A stretch of DNA of 33,663 bases from a bacterium. Lineage in GTDB: Bacteria; Zhuqueibacterota; Zhuqueibacteria; Zhuqueibacterales; Zhuqueibacteraceae. The stretch's first letter is position 1. Every line of letters begins with the position of its first letter. Shown one piece after another: positions 25,969 through 33,663 of this stretch. Location: assembly GCA_044869275.1 (NCBI GenBank), contig JBIOXB010000161.1, forward strand, positions 1-33,663, written 5' to 3'. The position numbers were made by a program, and so were the translations under genes. Under the pieces are notes generated by a model. It was not told the DNA's origin. It made no database searches and saw nothing but the letters and a program-made list of their open reading frames with translations.

Positions 25969-27732
25969 ATGAGAATTCTCGGATTCTATGACGATCACAA
26001 TGCGAGCGCGGCGATTATCGAAGACGGCCAGATTCTGGTGGCCATTGAGGAGGAGCGCCTGTCACGCATCAAATTGCACGACGGCAACACGGCCGACGGG
26101 CCGGCGCATCGTTCCCTGGCGGAATGTTTGAAGATCAGCAAATCCGATCGCAGCAATATCGATCGCATCGCGGTGGCGATTGCGCCGCCGCAGGACTTGT
26201 TGAAATACGTGTTGAGCGATTTGTTCAATCAACAAAAAAACCCCAAATGGATCCTGGCCAGTTTGATCACGCGCCATCCCACTTGGGATCCGTATTTTCT
26301 CTTTTATCCGTATTTCTACAATAAGAGCCGCATCCGGCGCGTGAAGCGATTGCTGCGCAAATTCGACTTGCACCACGTGCCCATCGATTTGGTTGACCAT
26401 CACACCGCGCATGCGGCCTCGGCCTATTACACCGGCGGTGACGTGGAAGCCAAGATCTTCACCCTCGACGGCCAGGGCGACGGCGACAGCGGCTCGATTT
26501 TCATCGGCAGCAAAGGCAGGCTGGAGCTGATCAAGCGCATCCCCTCTTATCATAGCGTCGGTTTGTTCTATAATTTCATCACCTGGTATCTCGGGTTCAA
26601 GCCGAACCGCCACGAAGGCAAGATTACCGGCCTGGCGGCCTATGGCGATCCCAAGAACACTGAGAAGTTTTACAAGGAACTGTTCAGCATCGAAGAAACC
26701 GATTTCAGCTACGATCTCGCCAAGCAAGTCTTTCAACATGCCTATCCGCATCGCACGAACTACCCGCGCCTGGTCGAGGTGATTTCCGACCGCGTCAACG
26801 GCTACAGCAAAGAAGACATTGCCGCCGGCATTCAAAGCATCAGCGAGCGCATGGTGACGAGCTTCGTGCAAGCCGCGATGCGCGATTTGAATGGCAAAGG
26901 CAGCGGTCACGTCAAAGCAGCCGGCGGCGTGTTCGCCAACGTGCGCATCAATCAAAAAGTCGCGGAAACGCCGGGCGTGGAGTCGCTCTTCATTTTTCCA
27001 GCCATGGGCGATTGCGGCCTGAGCTGCGGCGCGGCATTGTATTCGTATTATAAAGATTTGAAATTCGGGGTCGATTTCCGCGAGATTCCGCGCCTCGATC
27101 ACGTCTATCTCGGCCCGGAATATGCCGATCGGGAAATCGAAGCCGATTTGAAGCAGTCGGGCTTACGCTACGAATACCACGACGACATCGAAGCCAAAAT
27201 CGCGGAATTGCTCGCGGCCGGTGAAGTGGTCGCGCGCTTCAACGGCAGAATGGAATTTGGCCCGCGCGCGCTGGGCAACCGCTCTATTTTGTATCAAACC
27301 ACTGACGCCACGGTGAATGATTGGCTCAACGTGCGCCTCAATCGCACCGAGTTCATGCCGTTCGCGCCGGTGAGCACGATCGAAGATTGTGGCCATTATT
27401 ACAAAAACGTCGGCCCGAATTTCTTTCCCGCGAAATTCATGACCATCACCTTCGATTGCACGGATGAAATGAAGCAGAAATGCCCGGCGGTGGTACACGT
27501 CGATGGCACCGCGCGGCCGCAATTGGTCGAAAGGCACAACAATCCGAGTTATTATCGTATTCTCGAAGAATACCGCAAACGCACGGGCCTGCGCGCGTTG
27601 ATCAATACCAGTTTCAATATGCACGAAGAGCCGATTGTGTGTTCCCCTTATGACGCCATCCGCGCGTTCAAGCTGGGGCATCTCGGCTATCTCGCGTTGA
27701 GCAAGTTCTTGGTTTATACGCCGGAATCATGA
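25969..27732 (+). CDS. O-carbamoyltransferase (NodU/CmcH/TobZ family)
   Basis: EEERLSRIK, HHTAHAASAY, DGQGD, EGKITGLAAYG, EFGPRALGNRS, PFAP, HVDGTARPQ and NTSFN motifs. AGGAGG at 25951; ATG 25969 preferred. Confidence 0.96.
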   Translation: MRILGFYDDHNASAAIIEDGQILVAIEEERLSRIKLHDGNTADGPAHRSLAECLKISKSDRSNIDRIAVAIAPPQDLLKYVLSDLFNQQKNPKWILASLITRHPTWDPYFLFYPYFYNKSRIRRVKRLLRKFDLHHVPIDLVDHHTAHAASAYYTGGDVEAKIFTLDGQGDGDSGSIFIGSKGRLELIKRIPSYHSVGLFYNFITWYLGFKPNRHEGKITGLAAYGDPKNTEKFYKELFSIEETDFSYDLAKQVFQHAYPHRTNYPRLVEVISDRVNGYSKEDIAAGIQSISERMVTSFVQAAMRDLNGKGSGHVKAAGGVFANVRINQKVAETPGVESLFIFPAMGDCGLSCGAALYSYYKDLKFGVDFREIPRLDHVYLGPEYADREIEADLKQSGLRYEYHDDIEAKIAELLAAGEVVARFNGRMEFGPRALGNRSILYQTTDATVNDWLNVRLNRTEFMPFAPVSTIEDCGHYYKNVGPNFFPAKFMTITFDCTDEMKQKCPAVVHVDGTARPQLVERHNNPSYYRILEEYRKRTGLRALINTSFNMHEEPIVCSPYDAIRAFKLGHLGYLALSKFLVYTPES

Positions 27733-29138
27733 GCGGGAAACTGAAAAGAAATACCTATTGGGTTTCGCTCGGGCAGCTCTTGCAAATGACGCTCGCGCTC
27801 GCGGTTGTTCCCGTGGCCACGCGCTATCTGGGTGATGAGGATTTCGGCATCTATTCGCTCGCTGGCGCCTTGATGTATTTTGTGTTTCTGCTCAATGATC
27901 TCGGCCTCAATACCTATTTCACGCGGGAAGTGTCGCGCGACCTGAGCGCCGCACCGCGCTGGTTTGCAAATGCCTTGACCTTGAAACTGATCACCGTGGT
28001 CCCGTGCGCGCTGTTTCTGCCCGCCCTCGCGCTGATCCCCGCTATGTCCGAAGAAGCGCGATGGGCCGTGGTGATTTTTTGCCTCTACGGCGTGCTCAGT
28101 TCTTTTTTTCAATTGAGCTTCGCGCTCTTTCGCGCGCATGAATACATGGGCTATGAAACACTGATTCTGGTCATGGAGAAGATTATCACTTCCGGAATCG
28201 GGATTGTGCTGCTGGTACAGGGCTATGGCCTGGTGGCATTTTGCGGCGTGTTTGTGCTCGGGGGCATTGTCAGTTTGGCGCTCAGCCTGTGGGTGATTCA
28301 GCGGAAATTTTTCCGCCTCCGGCTCGCGTTCGACCGCCAATTCGCGCGTGAAGTACTGGTCAAAGCGCTGCCGTTCGGTTTGTCCATGTTCTTAGTCACG
28401 GTGTATGATCGCGTTGACATATTGATGCTGTCGGCCATGGCGAGCGCGCAGGAAGTGGGGTGGTATGCGGCGGCGTACAAATTGCTGTCATTAACTAATC
28501 TGGTGCCCACAATCCTGGTGACCGCGCTTTTCCCGGCGCTGTCCCGCGAAGTCGCATTGGGCTCGGACGAAGCGGCGCGCATCTTCACCAAAGGCTTGAA
28601 ATACCTGGTGTTTCTCGCACTGCCCATGATTGCGGGCGCGACCCTGCTCGCCGACGAAATGGTGCTGTTCGTGTTTGGTGCCGATTTCAAAAATGCAGCA
28701 CCCGCATTACGAATTTTGTCCTGGGTGTCCGGCATTTTGTTCTTGAATATATTTCTGTCAACCTTGCTCACGGCGGCCAATCATCAGAAGAAACTGGTAT
28801 ACGTGCAAATTGCGGGCCTGTTCGCCAACCTCGGCCTGAATTATGTCTTAATTCCGCAATATTCCATTGCCGGCTCGGCCTTCGCGACGGTCATTACGGA
28901 GGGTCTGATTTTAGTTTTCTGCCTGCTCTTTGCTTTAATTCGCGTGACGCGGCTGTTGGAATTCAGTTTTCTGCCCAAGTCGATACTCGCCACGGCAGGC
29001 ATGGTGGCTTTCTGTCTCATGGCAAAAAATTACAATTTCTTGTTGGTGCTGGCTGGTGCAACCGTCGTGTACTTTGCGCTATTGTACGCATTGAAAGGTT
29101 TTCGTTTCAACGAGCTGCTGCTCACGCGTGCTTCTTGA
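27729..29138 (+). CDS. second Wzx-like flippase
   Basis: TRYLG.EDFG.Y, DLGL..Y..RE, DRVDILML...VGWY.AAY and GSAFATVITE motifs; ATGA overlap. Confidence 0.92.
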   Translation: MSGKLKRNTYWVSLGQLLQMTLALAVVPVATRYLGDEDFGIYSLAGALMYFVFLLNDLGLNTYFTREVSRDLSAAPRWFANALTLKLITVVPCALFLPALALIPAMSEEARWAVVIFCLYGVLSSFFQLSFALFRAHEYMGYETLILVMEKIITSGIGIVLLVQGYGLVAFCGVFVLGGIVSLALSLWVIQRKFFRLRLAFDRQFAREVLVKALPFGLSMFLVTVYDRVDILMLSAMASAQEVGWYAAAYKLLSLTNLVPTILVTALFPALSREVALGSDEAARIFTKGLKYLVFLALPMIAGATLLADEMVLFVFGADFKNAAPALRILSWVSGILFLNIFLSTLLTAANHQKKLVYVQIAGLFANLGLNYVLIPQYSIAGSAFATVITEGLILVFCLLFALIRVTRLLEFSFLPKSILATAGMVAFCLMAKNYNFLLVLAGATVVYFALLYALKGFRFNELLLTRAS

Positions 29139-29139
29139 A

Positions 29140-29164
29140 ACCACCAAGGCACGAAGACGCCAAG
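29140..29164 (+). repeat. short degenerate 8-bp tandem repeat (CACCAAGG/CACGAAGA/CGCCAAGA)
   Basis: ACCACCAAGGCACGAAGACGCCAAG immediately after the flippase stop. Confidence 0.55.
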
Positions 29165-29221
29165 AAACGCCTGAGGAGGTGATTCTTCCGGGCGTGCGGG
29201 TGGAGTGAAATAAGTTAACGT

Positions 29222-29241
29222 GCTCCTAAAGGAGCGACTAC
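29222..29241 (-). repeat. GTAG-type REP-like palindrome
   Basis: Minus strand reads GTAG-TC-GCTCCT-TT-AGGAGC: a GTAG tetranucleotide followed by a perfect 6-bp stem. Confidence 0.65.
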
Positions 29242-29253
29242 AAAAGGTTCGCA

Positions 29254-30552
29254 TTGCGCATTCTGTTGATCGACAAATTCTACTTCATCAAGGGCGGGGC
29301 CGAGCGCTATTATTTTGAATTGAAAGAAATTCTCGAAGCACACGGCCATGAAGTGATTCCGTTTTCCATGCAACATCCGGACAATTTTGATACGCCTTAC
29401 GCCAGCTACTTTGTCGATAACATCGAATTCAACGGCTCGAAGCTGCAACGTATGGCGACGGCGCCGAAGGCCGTGGGCCGCATCCTCTATTCCACGCAAG
29501 CGCGGGCCCGCGTTGAAAAATTGATTGCCGAAACAAGGCCGGACATTGCCCATGTGCACATGATCGATCACCAGCTTTCGCCTTCGATCTTGCCCGGCAT
29601 TAAGAAGTTCGGGATTCCGATTATTCAAACCGTGCATCAGTACAAGCTGGTGTGCCCGAATTATCGTTTGTTCATCGACCGCGAGCGCCGCATTTGCGAG
29701 AAATGCCTGGGCGGGGAATTTTATCACCCCATTTTGGAGAAATGCCACCAAGATTCCCGCGCCGCGAGCTTTTTGATCGCGCTGGAAAGTTATATACACA
29801 AATGGATGGGCGTGTACGATCTCATCGACTTGTTTCACGCGCCCAGCACGTTTATGGGGAAAAAACTGCGCGAAGGTGGCGTGGCCGCGCACCGCGTCCG
29901 GCACCTGTTTTATACGATCAAGATCAAGGATTATGCCTATCATCCGGCATTTCAGGATTACTTTATATACTTCGGCCGGCTGTCCGGGGAAAAAGGCCTC
30001 ACGACTCTGCTGCGCGCGATGCAGGGATTCAAAGGGTCGAAACTAAAAATCGTCGGCAGCGGGCCGGAAGAAGCCAAGCTCAAAGCGCTCGCCCAAGAAT
30101 TGCAGGTGGCGGTTGAGTTTGCCGGCGCAAAGCAGGGCGAGGAATTGAAAAGCATCGTCGCCAAGGCGCGCTTCATCGTCGTGCCGAGCGAATGGTATGA
30201 GAATTCTCCCTTGGTGATTTACGAAGCCTTTGCAACGGGCAAACCGGTGATCGGCGCGGATATCGGCGGCATCACGGAGCTGATCAAGCACGGCGAAGAC
30301 GGCTACCTGTTCCCCGCAGGCGATGCGCAAAAACTGCGGGAGAGCATCGAGATGCTGGATCGCAACGAGATCAAGATCACCAAATTCGGAAAGGCCGCAA
30401 GGCGCAAGGCGGAAGACTGGTTCGCACCGGAAAAGCACTATGAGATTTTGATGAGTTGGTACCAAGAGTTGTTGCGGCGGTCGCGCACGCCCGGAACGCG
30501 CTATAAAGGGAGAGTTCAGGTTGCCATTCCGGAGGAATCCTGTGCGGGATGA
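29254..30552 (+). CDS. GT4 glycosyltransferase with Cys-rich insert
   Basis: KGGAE, GRLSGEKG and PSEWYENSPLVIYEAFA.GKPVIG..IGG motifs; LVCPNY...CEKC...C insert; TTG start. Confidence 0.92.
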   Translation: MRILLIDKFYFIKGGAERYYFELKEILEAHGHEVIPFSMQHPDNFDTPYASYFVDNIEFNGSKLQRMATAPKAVGRILYSTQARARVEKLIAETRPDIAHVHMIDHQLSPSILPGIKKFGIPIIQTVHQYKLVCPNYRLFIDRERRICEKCLGGEFYHPILEKCHQDSRAASFLIALESYIHKWMGVYDLIDLFHAPSTFMGKKLREGGVAAHRVRHLFYTIKIKDYAYHPAFQDYFIYFGRLSGEKGLTTLLRAMQGFKGSKLKIVGSGPEEAKLKALAQELQVAVEFAGAKQGEELKSIVAKARFIVVPSEWYENSPLVIYEAFATGKPVIGADIGGITELIKHGEDGYLFPAGDAQKLRESIEMLDRNEIKITKFGKAARRKAEDWFAPEKHYEILMSWYQELLRRSRTPGTRYKGRVQVAIPEESCAG

Positions 30553-30574
30553 GCTTGGGCTTCACTAGATCACC

Positions 30575-31780
30575 ATGAAAATCGTCTATTTCAACTATCT
30601 CTACGATCTCTACGGCGCCTCCATCGGTTCGACCATCAAAGGCGTCAAATTGATGGAAGCGCTGCAGCAATGCGGGCATGAAGTCAAAATCTACTGGCGC
30701 AAGGATCAGCCTCCTTCGCACGGTGCCGCCAATGGTAAAGCGGCTTCGCGCCAGTTTTTGAAAAGACATTTTGATCGTTTCTTGCACGAGCCGAATCAGT
30801 TGTTCTCGAATTTGCGCTATATGCGGGAAGAGCACGAGATCCTCAAGGCCGAAAAACCCGACGTGCTCATCGCGCGCCTGGACGTTTACCTGCTTTCGGC
30901 GGTGCTGCTGGCCAGAAGATTGAACGTGCCATTGGTGTTGGAGGTCGACAGCCCGGAAGTTTACGAATTCCGCAAATTCAGCGAGCGCTATTGGCGTCTG
31001 CCGTTCTTGTTGGAAACGATTGAAGCCTACAATATTCGCCGGGCGGATGCTTGCATTACGGTGTCGAATAAACTCGCAGAGTATTTTTTCAAACAGGGCC
31101 TGGCCAGCGGCGGCATGCACGTCATATCCAATGGCGCCGACTTGTCGAAATTTAATCCGCAGATTTCCGGCGCAGAAATTCGCGCAAAGTACGGTCTGGA
31201 AAACGCCCTGGTGATCGGCTTTATCGGGTCCTTTCACTTTTGGCATGGCATCGAGAATTTAATCACGTTGATTCAGGCGGCGCTGGCGCAGGACCAGCGC
31301 GTAAAATTCCTGCTGGTCGGCGACGGCGGGCCGATGAAACCGCATCTGCAAAAATTCGTCGCGGAAAACAATCTGCAAAGCAAGGTGATCCTGACCGGCC
31401 ACGTCCCACACGATGAAGTCGGGAAATATATTGCGGCGATGGACATCGTGCTTGCGCCCTATCCGCCGTTGGAATTCTTTTATTACTCGCCGGTGAAGAT
31501 TTACGAATATATGGCTTGCGGCAAGCCGGTGTTGAGCTCGCGTTTGGGGCAAATCGCGGAGATCGTGCAAGACGGCGTGAACGGCTTCATTTCCGAGCCG
31601 GGCGATAACGCCGATTATATCCGCAAACTGGCGCGTTTGATTCAGGATGAAGAATTGCGTGCGCGCGTCGGCCATGAAGCCCATCGCACGATTGCGGCAG
31701 AACACACCTGGCAAAAGAAGGCGCAAGCCTGGTCCGCGGTTTGTGAACAGGTGGTGCACCAGCATCGGGGCTTGGCTTAG
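30575..31780 (+). CDS. GT4 family glycosyltransferase
   Basis: NGAD, GFIGSF..WHG and SPVKIYEYMACGKPV motifs. Confidence 0.93.
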   Translation: MKIVYFNYLYDLYGASIGSTIKGVKLMEALQQCGHEVKIYWRKDQPPSHGAANGKAASRQFLKRHFDRFLHEPNQLFSNLRYMREEHEILKAEKPDVLIARLDVYLLSAVLLARRLNVPLVLEVDSPEVYEFRKFSERYWRLPFLLETIEAYNIRRADACITVSNKLAEYFFKQGLASGGMHVISNGADLSKFNPQISGAEIRAKYGLENALVIGFIGSFHFWHGIENLITLIQAALAQDQRVKFLLVGDGGPMKPHLQKFVAENNLQSKVILTGHVPHDEVGKYIAAMDIVLAPYPPLEFFYYSPVKIYEYMACGKPVLSSRLGQIAEIVQDGVNGFISEPGDNADYIRKLARLIQDEELRARVGHEAHRTIAAEHTWQKKAQAWSAVCEQVVHQHRGLA

Positions 31781-31802
31781 AGCTGATCCGAAGACCCTCA
31801 TG

Positions 31803-31978
31803 TGTCATCCCGAAGGGATCTTGGTTGATTCGGGTACAGGACCGAGTTCAGGCCCACCTGCCGAATCAACCAAGAAGCCCTCTGCATCACAGAACGAGGT
31901 TTTCGGACAGGCTCTGCGAGTGAGGCCTTTATGTCTAATGTTTTGCCCAGTACCGAACAAGATGCTTACAGAATGACA
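31803..31978. repeat. nested inverted-repeat element (TGTCAT...ATGACA ends; MITE/REP-like)
   Basis: Outer arms 31803-31823 / 31958-31978 are 16/21 complementary; perfect inner 15-bp IR TCTTGGTTGATTCGG (31819-31833) / CCGAATCAACCAAGA (31861-31875). Confidence 0.85.
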
Positions 31979-32053
31979 TCTCGGGACGGGTGTGAAAATC
32001 AACTCTTAAGCGGTAGGTTACTGCAACGTAAGGTTCTTGTTTAACAGAAATAA

Positions 32054-33199
32054 ATGGCAGATCGCATCAATCTCCTTCAAGTCGTGAACGGCCTGGCCAT
32101 CGGCGGTGCGGAAAAGAAGCTGCTCGAGCTGGTCAAGCATCTCGACAAGAAGAGATACAAAATCATTGTATGCAGCATCGGACAAGGCGGCCCGCTGCAA
32201 AAGGATTTCGAAGCGCTGAATCTCGACGTCGTGGTGTGCCACAAGCGCAACAAATTCGATCTGTCCTTGATCAGTAAGGTCGCGCGTTTGATTCGGGAAT
32301 GCGAAATCGACCTGGTGCAAACCACGTTGTTGCTCGCGGACCTCGTTGGTGCGTTCGCGGCGAGATGGTCCGGCCTGCGCCCGCCCGTGATTTCGTGGGA
32401 AACCGTATCGCACGGCGAGAATGATATCCTGCGCACGAAGAGCCGCCACGTGTGGGCGTACAAGGCCGCGATGAAGCGTGTCGACAAAATTGTCGCGGTC
32501 TCGCGTGAGATTCAAACTTCGCTGATTCAGCGCCGTGGCATCCCGCCGGAAAAAATTGAATTGATTCATTATGGAGTCGATCTGCGCAAATTCACGCGCC
32601 GCAACGGCACTTTCGACAAGCGCGGCGAGCTCAATATTCCCGGCGATCGCATCGTCATCGGCACCGTGGCGCGCGCCGAACCGTACAAGGGCGTCGCCTA
32701 TTTGCAGCAAGCGGCGGTGCAATTGGTGCAGCAGTATCCCAAGCTCGATTTTGTTTTTGTCGGTGACGGCTCGCTGCGCAATGAATTGGAGACGGTGGTG
32801 CGCGGCTTGGGCCTGTCGCGGCGTATTCGCTTTCTCGGCTTTCGCAACGACGTGCATGAAATCATGAACGCCTTCGACATTTTTGTGCTGCCTTCGCTGA
32901 CTGAAGGACTGCCCAACGTGATATTAGAAGCGATGGCTTCGTGTAAGCCGGTGGTCGCGACCGCGGTCGGCGGCATTCCCGAAGCCGTGGTCGACGGCGA
33001 AACGGGATTGTTGATTCCACCGGGCGATGCCGCCGCCATTGTCAGGGCCATCAAGAGATTGCTCAGCCACAACCAGGCGGCTTTGCGCATGGGCGAAGCC
33101 GGCCGCAAAAGAGTGGAGGAACTGTTTTCGTTGCAGCGCGAGGTGTCGAGCTTCGACCACTTGTATCAAAGACTCTTGAGCGAGAAACGCAGCACATGA
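32054..33199 (+). CDS. GT4 family glycosyltransferase
   Basis: IGGAE, YGVD, VGDGSLR, LGFRND and LPSLTEGLPNVILEAMA..KPVVATAVGG motifs. Confidence 0.94.
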   Translation: MADRINLLQVVNGLAIGGAEKKLLELVKHLDKKRYKIIVCSIGQGGPLQKDFEALNLDVVVCHKRNKFDLSLISKVARLIRECEIDLVQTTLLLADLVGAFAARWSGLRPPVISWETVSHGENDILRTKSRHVWAYKAAMKRVDKIVAVSREIQTSLIQRRGIPPEKIELIHYGVDLRKFTRRNGTFDKRGELNIPGDRIVIGTVARAEPYKGVAYLQQAAVQLVQQYPKLDFVFVGDGSLRNELETVVRGLGLSRRIRFLGFRNDVHEIMNAFDIFVLPSLTEGLPNVILEAMASCKPVVATAVGGIPEAVVDGETGLLIPPGDAAAIVRAIKRLLSHNQAALRMGEAGRKRVEELFSLQREVSSFDHLYQRLLSEKRST

Positions 33200-33663
33200 T
33201 CTGGATTGCAGGCATATTGTTATTGGGAATGGTGTGCGGCGTTGCTCTGCTTTGGCGTGCGCGCCAAAGCAAGCCGTGGCTGTTGCAGTATTTTCGCTAT
33301 AAGTTTGCCCATCCCCGGTTGCGCGTGAAGGCCGGCGATCCGACTCATATCATGTTTTTGTACGTCGATCATTTCGAGCCCAAGGAAAACACGCGCGACT
33401 TGTCCGTGCAAACTGCGCGCATGCAGCACTGGGCCGAGAAATATCCCGCCATGGCCTCCCGCCATCGCGACGCCGACGGCTGCCATCCCAAACACTCGTG
33501 GTTTTATTTGGTCGAACAATGGGAAACAGAAAAGGACGACCTCGCCTTTCTCAAACAGCTCGCCCGCATGAGCTATGACGGCTTTGGCGAAGTAGACCTG
33601 CATGTCCACCACGGCCGCGGCTGGCACCTCTTCCCCGAGATTGACACCCCGGACAAGCTCACG
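33196..33663 (+). CDS. membrane-anchored conserved hypothetical protein, putative His/Asp metallo-deacetylase-like (truncated by window end; not in the ORF track)
   Basis: Open frame from an ATGA overlap: MIWIAGILLLGMVCGVALLW (TM)...HIMFLYVDHFEP...DADGCHPKHSWFY...GEVDLHVHH; no stop before 33663. Confidence 0.85.
   Translation, partial: MIWIAGILLLGMVCGVALLWRARQSKPWLLQYFRYKFAHPRLRVKAGDPTHIMFLYVDHFEPKENTRDLSVQTARMQHWAEKYPAMASRHRDADGCHPKHSWFYLVEQWETEKDDLAFLKQLARMSYDGFGEVDLHVHHGRGWHLFPEIDTPDKLT

Noticed and set aside
31647..32002. Small ORFs 31647-31976 (+) and 31805-32002 (-)
   Set aside because: They run across the inverted-repeat element and the end of a GT4 gene; no protein-like features.
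32009..32020. ops/JUMPStart-like AGCGGTAGGTTA
   Set aside because: Only a partial match to GGCGGTAGnnTG, mid-cluster, with no surrounding JUMPStart similarity.

Overview
The whole window is the interior of one large, co-oriented (+ strand) cell-surface glycan/exopolysaccharide locus from a moderately GC-rich bacterium. Its style is reminiscent of candidate phylum KSB1, but that is an impression, not a result. It holds 28 CDSs, two of them truncated at the window edges, mostly translationally coupled. Glycosyltransferases: 6 GT4, 4 polyprenyl-phosphate-type GT2 (one lacks the DxD motif; one is paired with a DUF2304 partner) and 3 GT-C (ArnT/PMT-like) membrane enzymes. Export and assembly: 2 Wzx-like flippases, a UPF0104/LPG-synthase-TM flippase-like protein and an O-antigen ligase/polymerase. 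Tailoring enzymes: LbH acyltransferase, CE4 deacetylase, an AsnB-like amide ligase without the catalytic Cys, a CelD/BcsL-type GNAT, a NodU/CmcH carbamoyltransferase, an SDR::Gfo/Idh/MocA fusion and a YdjM-like hydrolase; proC is embedded among them. No rRNA, tRNA, CRISPR or transposase was seen. The intergenic gaps carry several palindromic/REP-like elements. Most notable: a GT-C with an apparently circularly permuted beta-sandwich domain inserted in a loop; an active + pseudo-enzyme GT2 pair with complementary degeneration; and a Cys-less AsnB / flippase / ProC / GNAT block that may add amino acids to the glycan. All family calls come from motif recognition by eye, not database searches.
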